Assembly: GCF_009914755.1 (NCBI RefSeq) | Contig: NC_060935.1 | Reading direction: 5' to 3' (one strand) | From: the human T2T-CHM13v2.0 reference genome, Homo sapiens | DNA length: 64,000 nucleotides | In this document: positions 12,667 to 30,980 of the stretch, piece by piece | Layout of the letters: each line of letters starts with the position of its first letter | How positions within the stretch are numbered: position 1 is the first letter of the stretch | Position numbers and translations under genes: made by a program | The notes under the pieces: generated by a model | Told to the model about the DNA's origin: nothing | What the model saw: the letters and a program-made list of their open reading frames with translations, nothing else | Databases searched by the model: none

Positions 12667-14875
12667 ATTTAGATTTTTTCTTTATTTATCTAGTATAAGA
12701 ATAAGAAAAAAAAACAAAACTTAATCTAATCTATAGCAAATAAAGCATATTTTAGGACTTTACTTGGTTATGGACCCCATCTTTAATATTAATACAAAAT
12801 TTTTTTTTCTCTATCATAACCTTAACACCTCTTAGCCATCCAATAAAGGCTATAGCATTTGAAGAAAACAAATTATTTGTTTTGAGTTCAAGATGCAGCT
12901 GTGCTTTCTTTTATGCATACAAAAATAATTATGGAAAAATTATAATACGCGAGGCACTATATTCTTTAACGTCATGATAGTCTAGATAATCATTGCTCCA
13001 AATTCAGGCCTACGTATTGCAAATCTCCTAAACTGCTCTTCTTGGGCACTCAGCCCGCTGAAAATACTGCTGACCTAAAACTCTGTTTTCAGTGGCAAGA
13101 AAAATATACAGAGGAAGTCTCACCACACAAAGACTTAGCAGGACATGAAGTGTGGTCCCTGTCTGAATTATTGCACAATAAATGGCAAAAAGGAGACATT
13201 AGCCACTGTCAGCCCTGGCCCAGGGCTGTATCTACATCAATTTAATTTTACAGTTGAGGCTAATTATGCTAAAAACTCAAAAGCATACCAAACATGCAGA
13301 GATGCTAAATGGAGTGAAGAGCATTGGTAATAACATGGGTATAAGCTATAAGAGGGAAAAAAATAATTATTTAAATATAGTTAAGTATAATGTAACAGAT
13401 GCCCTTCTGTAAATACAGTAACTTCTCATTCAGCCATCTGTGCTCCAACTTGTTTAGTCAAAAACATGCATTTACAAAGTTTTACTCCATTTGCAGGAAG
13501 ATACCCTTGTTGTGTTTGCGTATTGGCTGTTTCTGGATTCCAAGCTGTTTTCATTCAACAAGATGCAACTTGTGAAACAAGAGAATCAAAGCACACATTT
13601 ACTTTGTTTGAAACCCTATGTCTACATAAGATCCCATAGAGGCTCTGTGCTTCCTTAACCCCATTGTTTTTTTAACTGAACTTTAGGATTTTGAGATAAT
13701 TGTAGATTCATATGTAATTGCAAGAAATAATACAATCTCTGATGTACTCTATTAGATATTATCTATATATCTAATGTTGATACATAATTTTATGTTTATT
13801 AAGAGATATTATGTACTCCTTACTCAGTTTCCCTCAATGATAATATCTTGAAAATCTATCACAATTCAATTTTGACCCCTGTAATAAAATCTTGATAGAC
13901 TAAGAGTCAACTCTCTTAACAAATCAGCTAATGTAGGGGAGAGGCCGTATTTTATTCACCTTTGTATAATCACTGACTATTTAATAATATAGTAACAGTT
14001 GCAACTGAATTATTGTTTGGAATAACTGGTCTTTGGAATGATTACCAGGGCTGCATTACAAAGAGGTAAGGACCCAGGTGATGGTCAGATTTCTGTTTCT
14101 TCACAAGGTAAGGTCATGTGTCTCTTTATAATTGATGACTAAAATATCACTGGAATCAGCTTGACATAACGTTTTGTCTCTCAACTAAAACAAGGGTCTA
14201 TTTTGATTCTTTTGGTTAAAACTGGGTCAACATAAAATATTCTAAATGACCTGCTATGAATTCCAAAATAAGTAATCCATACACTTGTATTTATGATCCA
14301 TGGAATACAGACTTTTAATAACAATAATTGTTGTATGTTTATAATCAACACATAAAAACGTAACTACTGTATTTCATTTGACTTTTATTAGCTTTCAATT
14401 TTCAAATTTCAAGGAGTGAAATGTTTTTAACATATGTGAATAAATAAATGCATATAAATATAGGTACTTAGCTACAAAAGAATGATGACACTTTGATTTA
14501 AACTATTTACAGTAGATATAATAAAATATTAGTTAATTTAGAATGTAACTTATATTATGTTTAGCACATGAATTAGATTTCTTGGTTTATTCTGCTTCTC
14601 CCATTAACTGCTCATATTTTAACTTTTTTTTCTCACTTTGCTACTAATAGGAAGCAAGAAAAAAGTCATATGTTCATAGTCAATTTTTGCTTGTTAACAA
14701 CTCTGGGAATTAGAGTAAAATGAAGATTTTTTTTTTGGAGATTTAGTATACTAGTTCTATAACCCATAGAGGTGAATACTTCAGCCTTGATATTAGTCAA
14801 TGCAATTAAATTAAAATGATTGGCTAATGACAGGGAAAAATAATACTTGGTTCACTGAAAGACCCCCTTTAGCCC

Positions 14876-15346
14876 TTGCATTAGTTTTCTATAGCTACAG
14901 TCACAAATTATTGCAAACTCGATGGCTTAAAAAACACAAATAATCTTATAGTTTTGTAGCTTATAGTTTTGTGAAATGGGTCTTATTGGGCTAAAATGAG
15001 ATGTCAGCAGGGCCTCATTCATTTCTGAAGGATCCAGGGAAGAATCTGTGTACTTGCCCTTGCCAGGTTCTAGAAGTTTCTTATATTTGTTGCTCATAGC
15101 TCTCTTTCTCCATCTTCAAAGCCAACAATTACGGGCTGAGTTCTTACACACATTACTCTGACCTCCACTTTTGTAATAAAATTTTTCTCTGCCTCTCTCT
15201 TCTGACTTCTTTTCTACTTTTAAGGACCATTGTGATTACATTGAGCTTCACAGGATAGTGCAGGATAATTTCCACATCTCAGGATCCTTAATTATATCTC
15301 TTAATCAAGGCTCTTCTTCATTTAAGGTAAAATATTCTTAGCTTCT
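14876..15346 (-). mobile_element. MLT1 (C/D/E-like) MaLR LTR, truncated
   Basis: cattagttttctatagct...acaaatta...ggcttaaaaaacacaaa...tgtcagcagggc...ttaaggaccattgtgattacattg. Confidence 0.75.
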
Positions 15347-15347
15347 G

Positions 15348-15953
15348 AAAAGAACAAATGTGGAAGCATCACATTACCTGATGTCAAATTGTGTTATAAG
15401 GCCATAGTCACCAAAACAGAATGGTACTCATATGAAAACAGGCACAAAAACCAATAGAACAGAATAGAGAACCCAGAAATAAACCCGAATACTTATAGCC
15501 ACCTGATCTTTGACAAAGCAAACAAAAACATAAAATGGGAAAAGGACATCCTATTCAACAAATGGCACTGGGATAATTGGCAAGCCACATGTAGGAGAAT
15601 GAAACTGGATCTCATCTCTCACCTTATACAAAATCAACTCAAGATGGATCAAGGACTTAAATATTAGACCTGAAACTATAAAAATTCTAGAAGATAACAT
15701 TGGGAAAACCCCTCTAGACATTGTCTTAGACAAAGATTTCATGACCAATGACCCAAAAGGAAATACAACAAAAACAAAGATAAATAGGTGGCACTTAATT
15801 AAACTAAAGAGCATTTGCATGGAAAAAGAAGCAGTCAGCAGAATAAGCAGACAACCCACAGAGTGGGAGAAAATCTTGGCAATCTATATATCTGACAGAG
15901 GACTAATATCCAGAATCTACAAGGGACTCAAATTAGCAAGAAAAAAGCCAAAT
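15348..15953 (+). mobile_element. L1 ORF2 internal fragment (L1PB/old L1PA-like)
   Basis: Translates to L1 ORF2-like peptide ([15 protein letters not shown]...RQPTEWEKI...[11 protein letters not shown]). Confidence 0.9.
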
Positions 15954-15954
15954 G

Positions 15955-16253
15955 GGCGGGGGCCTGGTGGCTTATGCCTGTAAACCCAGCCACTTTGGGA
16001 GGCCGAGCAGGAGGATTACTTGAGGTCAGGAGTTCAAGACCAGCCTGGCTAACACGGTGAAACTCTGTCTTTACTAAAAACAAAACAACAACAAAAAAAT
16101 AGCCGGTGTAGTGGTGCATGCTTGTAGTCCTGGCTACTTGGGAGGCTGAGGTGGGACAATCTCTTGAACCCGGGAAGCAGAGGTTGTAGAGAACCAAGAT
16201 CACGCCACTGCGCTGCAGCCTGGTTACAGAGAGAGACTCCATCTCAAAAAAAG
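15955..16253 (+). mobile_element. AluS element with expanded central A-rich linker
   Basis: Alu dimer; linker actaaaaacaaaacaacaacaaaaaaat; followed by (AAT)n. Confidence 0.92.
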
Positions 16254-19200
16254 TTAATAATAGCAATAATAATAATAATACTATGCTACAATAAAATTGT
16301 AGATTCATTATTATTACTTTAGTGTCCACTTTTAAACCTGGGAGTTATCCATGACAGCTTTCTTTAACTGTCCCCAACCTTATCCCCTCAATTACCAAGT
16401 CTCATTGAGTTTTACCTCCTAAATATATCTTCAATCTTCTGCTGCTACTACCTTGACCTGACAGACTTTGCGCTGCAAGGCCATTAAAAGCAGGATTATT
16501 ATCTCTTTTTTCTTACAGATTTAATGCAGTGAGTTAAAAAACTGATCATTGATCAAGAGAAATACAAATAGTTCCCAGTCTAGGACAGCAAGAATAAAAC
16601 TGAAAAGAGAAGTGTAACTCTTGCCATTAATGATACCACAATACATAATGATTAAGATTGAATAAACTAATATTTTACCATTTTGTGATATATAAGAATC
16701 TTTAAAATTACATGGTCTGTCCGTGTTTACATTACTAAAGCCCAATATTAATGCAAAAGCTTTTTTAAAAAAAAAATTGGTATTAATATTAATGAAATTT
16801 TGATGTGAATATTAATTTCATGAAAAAGGAAAGTGATACCTATTTTTACCCAGGAAAAAAAAATATGTGAACTGAAAAGTTTATAGTAGGCCTATTTTGA
16901 GGAAAATTAAAAACAACCTAAATGTTACATATGTGAAAATAAATAAATATGATATATCTGCTAGATGAAATATTAGGTAGTGGGAAAAGTATACATATTC
17001 ATTTGGAAGGTAAAAATATAATTGAGAAGAAAAATTAGAAAAAAAGATGATATTTTTGGTGTGTAATAAGTTGTAGGGTTTTTTGGTTGTGAAGTTTTTT
17101 TAATTTTAATTTTTAGTATTGCTATGTTGTTCTTAGAGTAATTTATTTGATTATGATGTATCAAATAAAAATGTATCAATAACTAACAATAATAGAAAGT
17201 CTTTGTATAAAGTGATAATCATTACTATTGCTGATTTAGATGCTAGTTTTTCTAGGAAAACGTCTAACAAATCTCCATATCCATGTTGCCTGATATGCCA
17301 TGTTCACCAGCATTTTGTGAGACCGTGAAGTGGTTAAGAATGTGGCCTCTGGATCTAGATTATCTGAATTTGATTTGGCTCTGTCAGTTACAAGCTGTAT
17401 GTCCTTGAAAACGTTCCTTTATCTCTCCATACCCCGAGTTCCTAAATACATATGTACCTAAAAAAAATAGAACATTGCTGGAGTATAGTTTTGGATAATA
17501 ACTATTAACTACAAATAGTAAAGAAATAAAGTTCTTTAAATTCATTAAACCACCTGTTTTCCCCAGATGTTTCCACCATATTCCCCTTGCATATTTTCAG
17601 AAAATTTTTTACTATTTTTTTTATGGCAATGGCTATTTAAAATTAAAATAATCCTCAGTATACTCTGTGTTCTCCAAACTTTCAAGAATTTTGTGAAGCA
17701 CTGGAGCATGGTTTGTAATGTCAGGGAAGAGAAGGCCAAGTGTTCAACCTGGGAACCTACAAGTGAGGCACCAGAGTGAAAAGCTTGGCTTCTAGTGGGT
17801 ACTAGGAACAGCTCAGAGGCAGAATCCACCAAATGTAATTAATGGACAGACAGAGGAGGTCAGACACAAAAGAAAGGGCAAAAAAACAGAGTGGCTATTT
17901 TTTACAATTTTGTCTGGAGGAAGCCCTTGAAATTTGCTTGCAAGCTGAAAAATGTGCTTACAAGCTCAAAGTTTCTTGTTGCTTAGCTGCCCTCTTCAAG
18001 GATATATCTAAAATTAGAATGATCTGAATTTATACATTTATTTTAAATTTGCCACAAAATTTTTATTAATTAAACGTCTGTGGTGTGTTTTAAAATGTGG
18101 GCTTGTCGTTAATACATTCACAACCACAAAAATAAATAAAACTTCCCACTCATCAGAAACTAAAATCATCTGAATATGCACCTTAATTTTAGTCAGTGTA
18201 GCAATAGAATTGAGAAATTCATTCAAGTTTATAAAAAGAAAGTCTCTTTCCAATTTGCTAAAATAGTCATATAATATAATATAATACCATACATATATAA
18301 AATATAATGAAATTACGGAAATGACAGCTAATCAACTTTGCCATATTTATAAGAAGTGTATCATAGATCCTGACTGAATTCAAGTGGTGGGGATTACAAA
18401 GGTGCATAGTTGATTAAGGGTAACTTAGAGCTCAAGATAGAGTGTGTCTGCCACAGAAATGACCATCAACGTCGCTGTTCCTGTTTCATTGCATCATATT
18501 TGAGCCATAGTATAAGGTAGGAGTGACAGCAGTAGCAGCAGAACTGGGACATCCACATGAAGGATGTGAATCAAACCAATACATTTTTTCTGCAGGATCC
18601 TGCATCACAGCAGGTGAAGGGTATCCACTTCATGTGGAGACAGATGAGCCAAAGGTAGATGTAAATCTCACTTAAAAGGGCCACCTGGCTCTGAGGAAAC
18701 TATAGACACAGTCCGTAGTGATGAATATCAGAAAAAGAAGAAAGGAATTTAGCAGGAAACTATTCTGATTGCACCACAGAAAGCACTGCTGACTTGCTGG
18801 GATATCTGTTAAAATAGAAGGCTATAGCATAGATGTCTAAAACAGAATTTATCACACTAAAAGCTCTCAATCAATATCCATGCTGGTTGCATAGTTTGCA
18901 ATTGCATGTGTGAACAGAATAGACTGGGCTGAAATCATCTTTACACAGTAGTAACTTCGTTGTGATCTTTTACTTTCTTGTCATATTATCTGCTACATTA
19001 AATGATCTTGAACCTGAGGCACAATTTTTATTTCATGCTTAACAAGTACATTTGAAAAATCTCAATGTATAATGACCACAAATAAGTTAGTATCAATTGA
19101 GTTTTAAGGTAGCTAATTACAGTAGGAGAAGTATATAGGAAAATCTATTAGACTTTTCATTCACCAGACTAGATGAAATAGCAATCAATATAATATTTAT

Positions 19201-19627
19201 CACTTAACTTTAAAGTATTGATCCCTGTGCGCTAAATACTTCGCTTCTCATGTATTATTAAGCTAATGGTTAAAAAAAAATCACGTCACAAAAATAAATA
19301 AAGGTAAATGTAATGTAATTTTCCCATGGCTGTGCAGCTAGTAGGAAGTAGAATGGGTCTTTAAATCCAGGTTTGTCTGACAAAACAGTGTTTGTCATGC
19401 CCTAATCATATTTTGAAACAGTAAAAATAGATATTTTCTTCTGAGGGTGATGGGCATGAGGAAGAGGAAAATGGAGGATCATAATGAAGAAAAATTACAA
19501 GTCTCATTTCATCAGCAGCAAAGAAAGAATTAGGAAAATGTTTTTCCTACAGCATCAGAAATAACAGTTGAGAAATGTTGCAATGAATGAAAGAATGTTA
19601 ACTAGGTAACTTAAAACTTATAATACA

Positions 19628-19933
19628 GGCTGGGCGTGGTGGCTCACACCTGTAATCCCAGCACTTTGGGAGATCGAGGCAGGCGGATCACAAGGTCAGG
19701 ATTTTGAGACCAGACTGGCCAACATGGTAGAATGTGTCTACTAAAGAAACACAAAAATTAGCCGGGCATGGTGGCATGCGCCCATAATCCCAGCTACTCG
19801 GAAGGGTGAGGCGGAAGAATAGAATTGCTTGAACCCAGGAGGTGGAGGTTGAAGTGAACCAAGATCACCCCACTGCACTCCAGCCTGGGAGACAGAGCAA
19901 GACTCCATCTAAAAAAAAAACCCAAAAAGCAAG
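19628..19933 (+). mobile_element. AluS element
   Basis: Full dimer; TSD aaacttRtaataca at 19614-19627 and 19934-19947. Confidence 0.95.
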
Positions 19934-21017
19934 AAACTTGTAATACATTTTGTTTCAGAATTTCACTATTGGCAACATTAATAAAGCCAATATTATTAGA
20001 TTATTATAAAATTTCTTCAGTCAAATGAAATTATAGAACCATCTCAAAGAATATCAATTTATTCACTTAAAGATTTATTAAGCATCTAATATATGGCAGA
20101 TAATATGTTAAACTCTATAGTTAAAATAGTTAAAGTTGATTCCCCTGCTTAAGTGGCTTATATTCTAATGAATGAAACTGGGACGGCATTGTAGCTATAT
20201 AAACAAGTAAGTGAAGATATAAATAATTACAGCTTGTTTTTCACCATTTGCTTCACCATCAGCCTGAGGTTTAATCACCATTGTCTTTTGGTTTGATGAA
20301 AAGGAGTTACATAGTACATTTCTGCTTCTATTCTAACATCTATCTACTGTTTCAGATAAATTCTTACCCATAATAGTCATATTTACAAAGGTTTTCTGAT
20401 GAATAATAATTACATTTTGTAAATGCAGTGCACGTGCATTAGTAGTACAAGAAATATAAACCATACTAATTTAAGTAAATAGTTTAATGGAGTTTTTAAG
20501 ATAATTATTTTCATAAAACAATTGGACATACACATGACAGGCACTGAAATAATATACAGATCCCTGCTCAGTGAAATAAAATTTCATTAGTCAATTGTTC
20601 ACAGGAACATGAGGAAAAGCATGTGCTTTTGATCGAGACCAGGGTACAAGCAACTGTCATGTTGAAGTTGATCTTGAGAAATCTACTTTTATTTACAAGG
20701 CCCAAGGGCCAATACTTTGCTTTAATTGTAATAATGTCAAGAGTTATTATGAAGATGAAGGTGACAAACTAAAGGTATTCATCAATAGTTACTTTAATTA
20801 TTTTTATGCCATTAAAAACTTGGGAGGACACAAAAACAGCTGTCAACTTAAAGTTGCAAGAAGCTGCCAAATCTATTTATTCATCTTATTTGTTTAGCTT
20901 TGGTGTGGCAATTGCTAGAAAAGTGCAGAGAAAAGTGCTTCCAGATGCCTTTCCCATGGCCCACCATACCCCAACAGCACACAACAATATATAACATCAA
21001 CATAGGTTAAAACTATT

Positions 21018-21454
21018 TGTCTTAGTCTGTCTTGCATTGCTATAGCTGAATACCTGAGACTAGATAATTTACAAAGAAAATAGGTTTATTTGGCTCATAA
21101 TTCTGGTAGCTGAAAGGTTCAAGGCTGAGCAGCTGCATCTGCTAAGGACCTCAGACTGCTTCTAATCATGGCAGAAAGCAGAACGGGATCAGATGTGGGC
21201 AAAGAGACCGCCTGATATGATAGGAGGTAAGAGAGAGAAACTGAGAAAGCCTGACTTTTTTCAACAACTTGCTCTAATTCATTCCCACCTGAAGAAGAAC
21301 TTACTCACCCCATGCGAGGGCATTAATCTATTCATGAGGGGTCTCCCCTCATGATCAAATGCCTCCACTATGTCCCATCTCCCAACATTGCCACACTATG
21401 CATCAAATTTCAACAAAAATTTTAGTGGAGACAAACCACATGCAAATGATGGCA
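21018..21454 (-). mobile_element. MST-family MaLR solo LTR
   Basis: TG...CA ends with perfect 5-bp TSD ctatt (21013-21017, 21455-21459); tgtcttagtctgt...gaatacctgagact...ggtttatttggctca motif. Confidence 0.88.
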
Positions 21455-22809
21455 CTATTGCTGAAAAATAACTCGAGATTCCTTCAATGATTTTTTTGCC
21501 CTCACTAAGTAAACACCTGTGGTTATCCAGAATACAAAGTATATTCTTCTTGTTGAAGAATAACCAAAATAATCTTTGGAGATTTCACTGAAGAAAACAG
21601 ACCTAACCAGGTGAAAAAGGTAAAACAAAAATTAACACGTGCCTAACATTCATTTCTGTCATTCTCTGTCCCAATTCTCGAAATAACACACTTAAAAAGA
21701 CAACTTTGTTAATAAGAACTGTGATTGGAGAACATTGTGGCCCCTGAAGCTGATCAGTGATGGATGTGCTTTTTATGACCTTTGATTGTAGAACGCAAGT
21801 CTCAGATTTTGATAACTATTTCTTAGAATAACAGATAAGAGTAAAAAGAGTAAGAGAAATACACACTGAAAATTAGGCTTCTTCAGCATAAAAAGTCATG
21901 AAACTTAAGTGATAGATGAGCTCTATTTGGCTCCATTTCCTCATTTTAGAGATAGGGTCCCTGAAATTCAAGGAACCTAAACAATCAGCCTAAGATCAAA
22001 CAACTACTAGAAAAGGGGCTTAAAATAATAGATCTCATTTCTGAGTCTAGTACTCTTTTTCTTACCTATTAACTATAAATACTGTAGTTGACTATAAAAA
22101 TTGTAAACATAAGGAATTAGTAGGAATAGAGAAAAACTACAAAACATGAAATTGAAGTGCATGTATTTCTAAATAATGTATTATTTTTCTTTCCCACATG
22201 GTCCTTTATTATTATGTAAATGGACAATTTCTTTTATATTTAGAAGTTTAGCTTCTCGTTATATCTGGGACATGTAATACGTTTATTAAACATATTTTGA
22301 TTTGCACATATTTTTGATCACACATTAATTTTATGCATATAACTGCATTGACATTCTGTTTCAAAACAGTTGATACAAATGAATACGTTTAGCAAGTATA
22401 TATATGTATAACACTCAGATGAACACTTGGGAGCCCATCACCTGACTTAAGAATTTGAATATTACTAATATACTTGGTTTCCTCTTGTGTCCTTCCTGAA
22501 CCAACTCCTCTTATTCTTCTGTGACTACATACTCAAGAGATAATGATGTCTTGAACTATTTGCTTGTTTTGATTCAATTTTTAAATTATCCTTTTGCTTC
22601 TCTTTATAAAGTCATATACCATTCATTTTTGCTTGTTTTATCTCCATAGATATTACTTCATGTTTATGTTACATTTTCATATTTGGTAAAATTCAAATAC
22701 TCTCATATCAAACAGAACATTAGAAAGTTAAAGAAATAAAATTGAGCATAATGTCTAAATTGATTTGAGAAAAAAAGTCATATTTATGTTAAGTGTACTT
22801 AAAAATCTC

Positions 22810-23462
22810 TATATTTTATTTTTATGTTGGTGAAAAAACATGCAACTTAAAATATACTCCACTAAACTTTTAATTACACAGTACAATATTATTGACTATC
22901 TGTGCCTTGTTGTAGAACAGATTTCTAGAACTCTTTCTTCTTGCATGACTGAAAACATATCCATTGTACAGCAAATTCATATTTATGTCTCCACTCTGCT
23001 TCTGGAAGCCACCATTCTATTTTCTGCTTATATAAATTTGACTACTTTAGATGCCTCATATAAGTGAAATCATGTAGGTTTTGTCCATCTTTGAATGACT
23101 TATTTCACTTAGCATAATGTCTTTAAGTTTCATCTATGTTGTAGCATATGGCAAGAATTTCTTATTTTTCAAGATGGAATAATATTCCACTGTATGCATA
23201 TATCACATTTTCTTTATCCATTCAGCTGCTGATAGACATTTAGGTTGTTTCTGCCTCTTGGTTATTGGAAATAATGCTGTAATAAACACGGGAGTGCAAA
23301 TATCTCTTCAAGATTCTCTTTTCCATTATCTTGGATAAATACCTAGAAGTGAGATTGCTGGGTTAGATGGGCAGTTCTATGTTTAATTTTTTTAGGGACC
23401 CTCCATGCTGTTTTTCATACGAAAAGCACCATTTTACATTCCAACCAACAGTTCAAAAGGGA
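22810..23462 (-). mobile_element. Old L1M (L1MA/MB-like) 3' end
   Basis: Antisense L1 3'UTR motifs (ttatttcacttagcataatgtc, gacatttaggttgtttc, cctagaagtgagattgctggg). Confidence 0.8.
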
Positions 23463-23465
23463 TCC

Positions 23466-26628
<3,163 letters not shown>

Positions 26629-26736
26629 TCTACTTTTCTTGAGCCCATTTGTTGAAGAGAATATCCTTTCCTTGGTGTGTATTCCTGGCGCCTTTATCGA
26701 AGACCAATTGATCATATACACAAGGGTTTTCTGGGC

Positions 26737-26832
26737 ATTCTATTCTATTCTATTCTATTCTATTCTATTCTATTCTATTCTATTCTATTCTATTCTATTC
26801 TATTTATTTGATTCTATTCTATTCTATTCTAT
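26737..26832. repeat. (ATTCT)n pentanucleotide microsatellite
   Basis: Tandem attct units with one interruption near 26800-26810. Confidence 0.95.
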
Positions 26833-26847
26833 TGGTGTAAAGTCTGT

Positions 26848-26960
26848 CTTTTTTTTTTTTTTTTTTCAGACGAAGTCTTGCTCTGTCACCCAGGCTCTAG
26901 TGCAGTGGTGCAATCTCGGCTCACTGCCACCTCCACCTGCTGGGTTCAAGCAATTCTCTT
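26848..26960 (-). mobile_element. Partial Alu (right-arm 3' part with poly-T)
   Basis: Poly-T + cagacgaagtcttgctctgtcacccaggct...gggttcaagcaattctc, then L1 resumes. Confidence 0.88.
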
Positions 26961-28355
26961 TCAGCAATATTTTGTAGTTTTCAGAGTATAAATAATTTAC
27001 CTCTTTGGTTAAGTTTATTCTTAAGTATTTTTGTGCTATTATAAAAAAACTAGTTTTTTTCAATTTCTTTTTCAGATTGTTCATTGTTAGTGTATAGCTG
27101 ATTTTTGTATGTTGATCATGTATGCTGCAATATTGCTGAATTTATTTATTAGCTCTTTATTTTTTTCTATATGTGGAAGATTTAGAGTATTTTACGTATA
27201 AGATCATGTCCCCTGTAACTAATATTATTTCTTCATTTCCAACTTGGGGTGCCTCTTTCTTCCCTCATTCCCTCTTTCCTTGTCTCCCTTTCTCCCTCCC
27301 TCCCTTCCTTCCTTCCTTCCCAAGGGCTGTAAAACTTTTAGTACTATGTTGCACAAAAGTTATGGGAGTGAGAGTCCTTGCCTTGTTAATAATCTTCAAG
27401 AAAATTCTTTTGGTTCTTCACTGTTGACAATGATAGCTGTCGGATTTCCATATGTGGACTTTATTATGTTAAAGTAACATCCTTCTATTTCTAGTTTTTT
27501 GAGTGATTTTTATCATGAAAGGGTGTTGAATTTTGTCAAATGCTTTTCTTGTGCATCAGTTGAAATGATCATGTGACTTTCTACTGGTTTGCTGTAAGTT
27601 TTTTGATAATTTTTGCATTAATACTTATCAGGGATAATGGTCTATAATTTCTTTCTTTTTTTTTTTGTCTCATGTTGGTATGAGAGTCATACTGGCCTAG
27701 TAAAATGGGTTTGGAAATATTTTCTCTTCTCAAATTTTTGGAACAGTTCAATAAAGCTTGGCATTAATTTTTTAACCCCATAAATACATGAAACTACTAT
27801 GTACAGATAAAAATCAAAATTAAAAATAAAATAAAATAAAATAAATGCTTGGAGGAATTCACTAGTGAAGCCATCTTGTCTTGAGCTATTTGTTGTTGTT
27901 GTTGAGTTATTTTTGATTACTGATTTAATCGTTTTACTAGTTGTAAGTCTGTTAAGATTTTCTATTATTTTGTAAATCAGTCATGGTAGGCTTTATGTTT
28001 CTAAGAATTTATTCCTTCCAGGTTATTCAACTTGTTGGTGAATAATTGTTCATATTTGTCTCCTACAGTCTTTTTAAAAAATTTCTGTGACATTAGTTGT
28101 AATGTCTCCTCTTTCATTTCTGATATTAGTTATTTGAGTCTTCTCTCTTTTTCAATTAGTAAACATAGCTAAGAGTATTTCAATTTTGTTGATCTTTTCA
28201 AACATCGAATATCAGTTTTTTTATTTCTTTTTTAATATTTTATATTATTTGTTTTATTTATTTCTGCTCCTAATCTTTATTATTTCCTTCATTTTCCTAC
28301 ATTTTGGCTTAGATTCTTCTTTCTTTCTTTCTTGTTTCTTCTTCCTTCTTCCTTG

Positions 28356-28726
28356 AAGTGGGCTGCACAGCAGGAGGTGAGTGACAAGCAAGCGAGCAAA
28401 GCTTCCTCTGTATTTACAGCAGCTCCCTATCATTCTTATTACCACCTGAGCACCACTTCCTGTCAGATCAGTGGCAGCATTGGATTCTCATCAGAATGCA
28501 AATGCTGTTGTGAACTTCCTGTGTTAGGAATCTAGGTTGTACATTCCTTATGGGAATCTAATGCCTGATGATCTGTCACTGTTGCCCATCAACCACAGAT
28601 GGGACCATCTAGTTGTAGAAAAAGAAGCTCAGGATTCCCACTGATTCTACATTATGGTGAGTTGTATATTTTATTATATTTTACAATGTAATAATAAAAA
28701 TAAGGTGCACAATACAATTTAATGCC
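28356..28726. mobile_element. MER1A-like hAT DNA transposon fragment
   Basis: gggctgcacagcaggaggtgag...gatgggaccatctagttg...cccactgattctacattatggtgagttgtat. Confidence 0.8.
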
Positions 28727-28851
28727 TACCTTTTCTGTATCCTTAAGATTTGGTATGCTATGTTTTCTGTTTCATTTATCTCAAAATAGTTTCTAATTTC
28801 CCTTTGATTTTTTCTTTGACCCATTGGTTGCTTGCGGGAGTGCTGTTTAAT

Positions 28852-30692
<1,841 letters not shown>

Positions 30693-30829
30693 TAATTTTC
30701 ACATTTATGAACTTTTCAGTTTTCCTTCTGCTCTTGATTTCTAGTTTCATTGTTGTAACAGAAATTACTCACTATTATTTCAATCTTAAATATGTTATTT
30801 AAATATGTTATTTATTTATTTATTTATCC

Positions 30830-30980
30830 TGCCTGAGCTTTAGTTTCCTTAGTTGTAAAATGAAAATCTTAAGATTGACTCCATAGGGTTGTCATGAGTA
30901 TTTAAGAAGATAATAAATACAAATTTCATAGCACAAGCCCTGGTACATACTGGGAGCTTTAATAAATTACAGTTTTTATA
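30830..30980 (+). mobile_element. MIR SINE remnant
   Basis: ctgagctttagtttccttagttgtaaaatg...catagggttgtcatgagtattta core. Confidence 0.65.

Larger units (their letters stand above)
26630..28850 (-). mobile_element. Antisense L1M ORF2 fragments with internal deletions
   Basis: Antisense ORF2 motifs (catttgttgaagaga, tatcatgaaagggtgttgaattttgtcaaatgc, attcactagtgaagccatc). Confidence 0.75.

Noticed and set aside
21332-21354. Hairpin tcatgagggg-tct-cccctcatga
   Set aside because: It is a recalled intrinsic feature of MST LTR sequence, not locus-specific.
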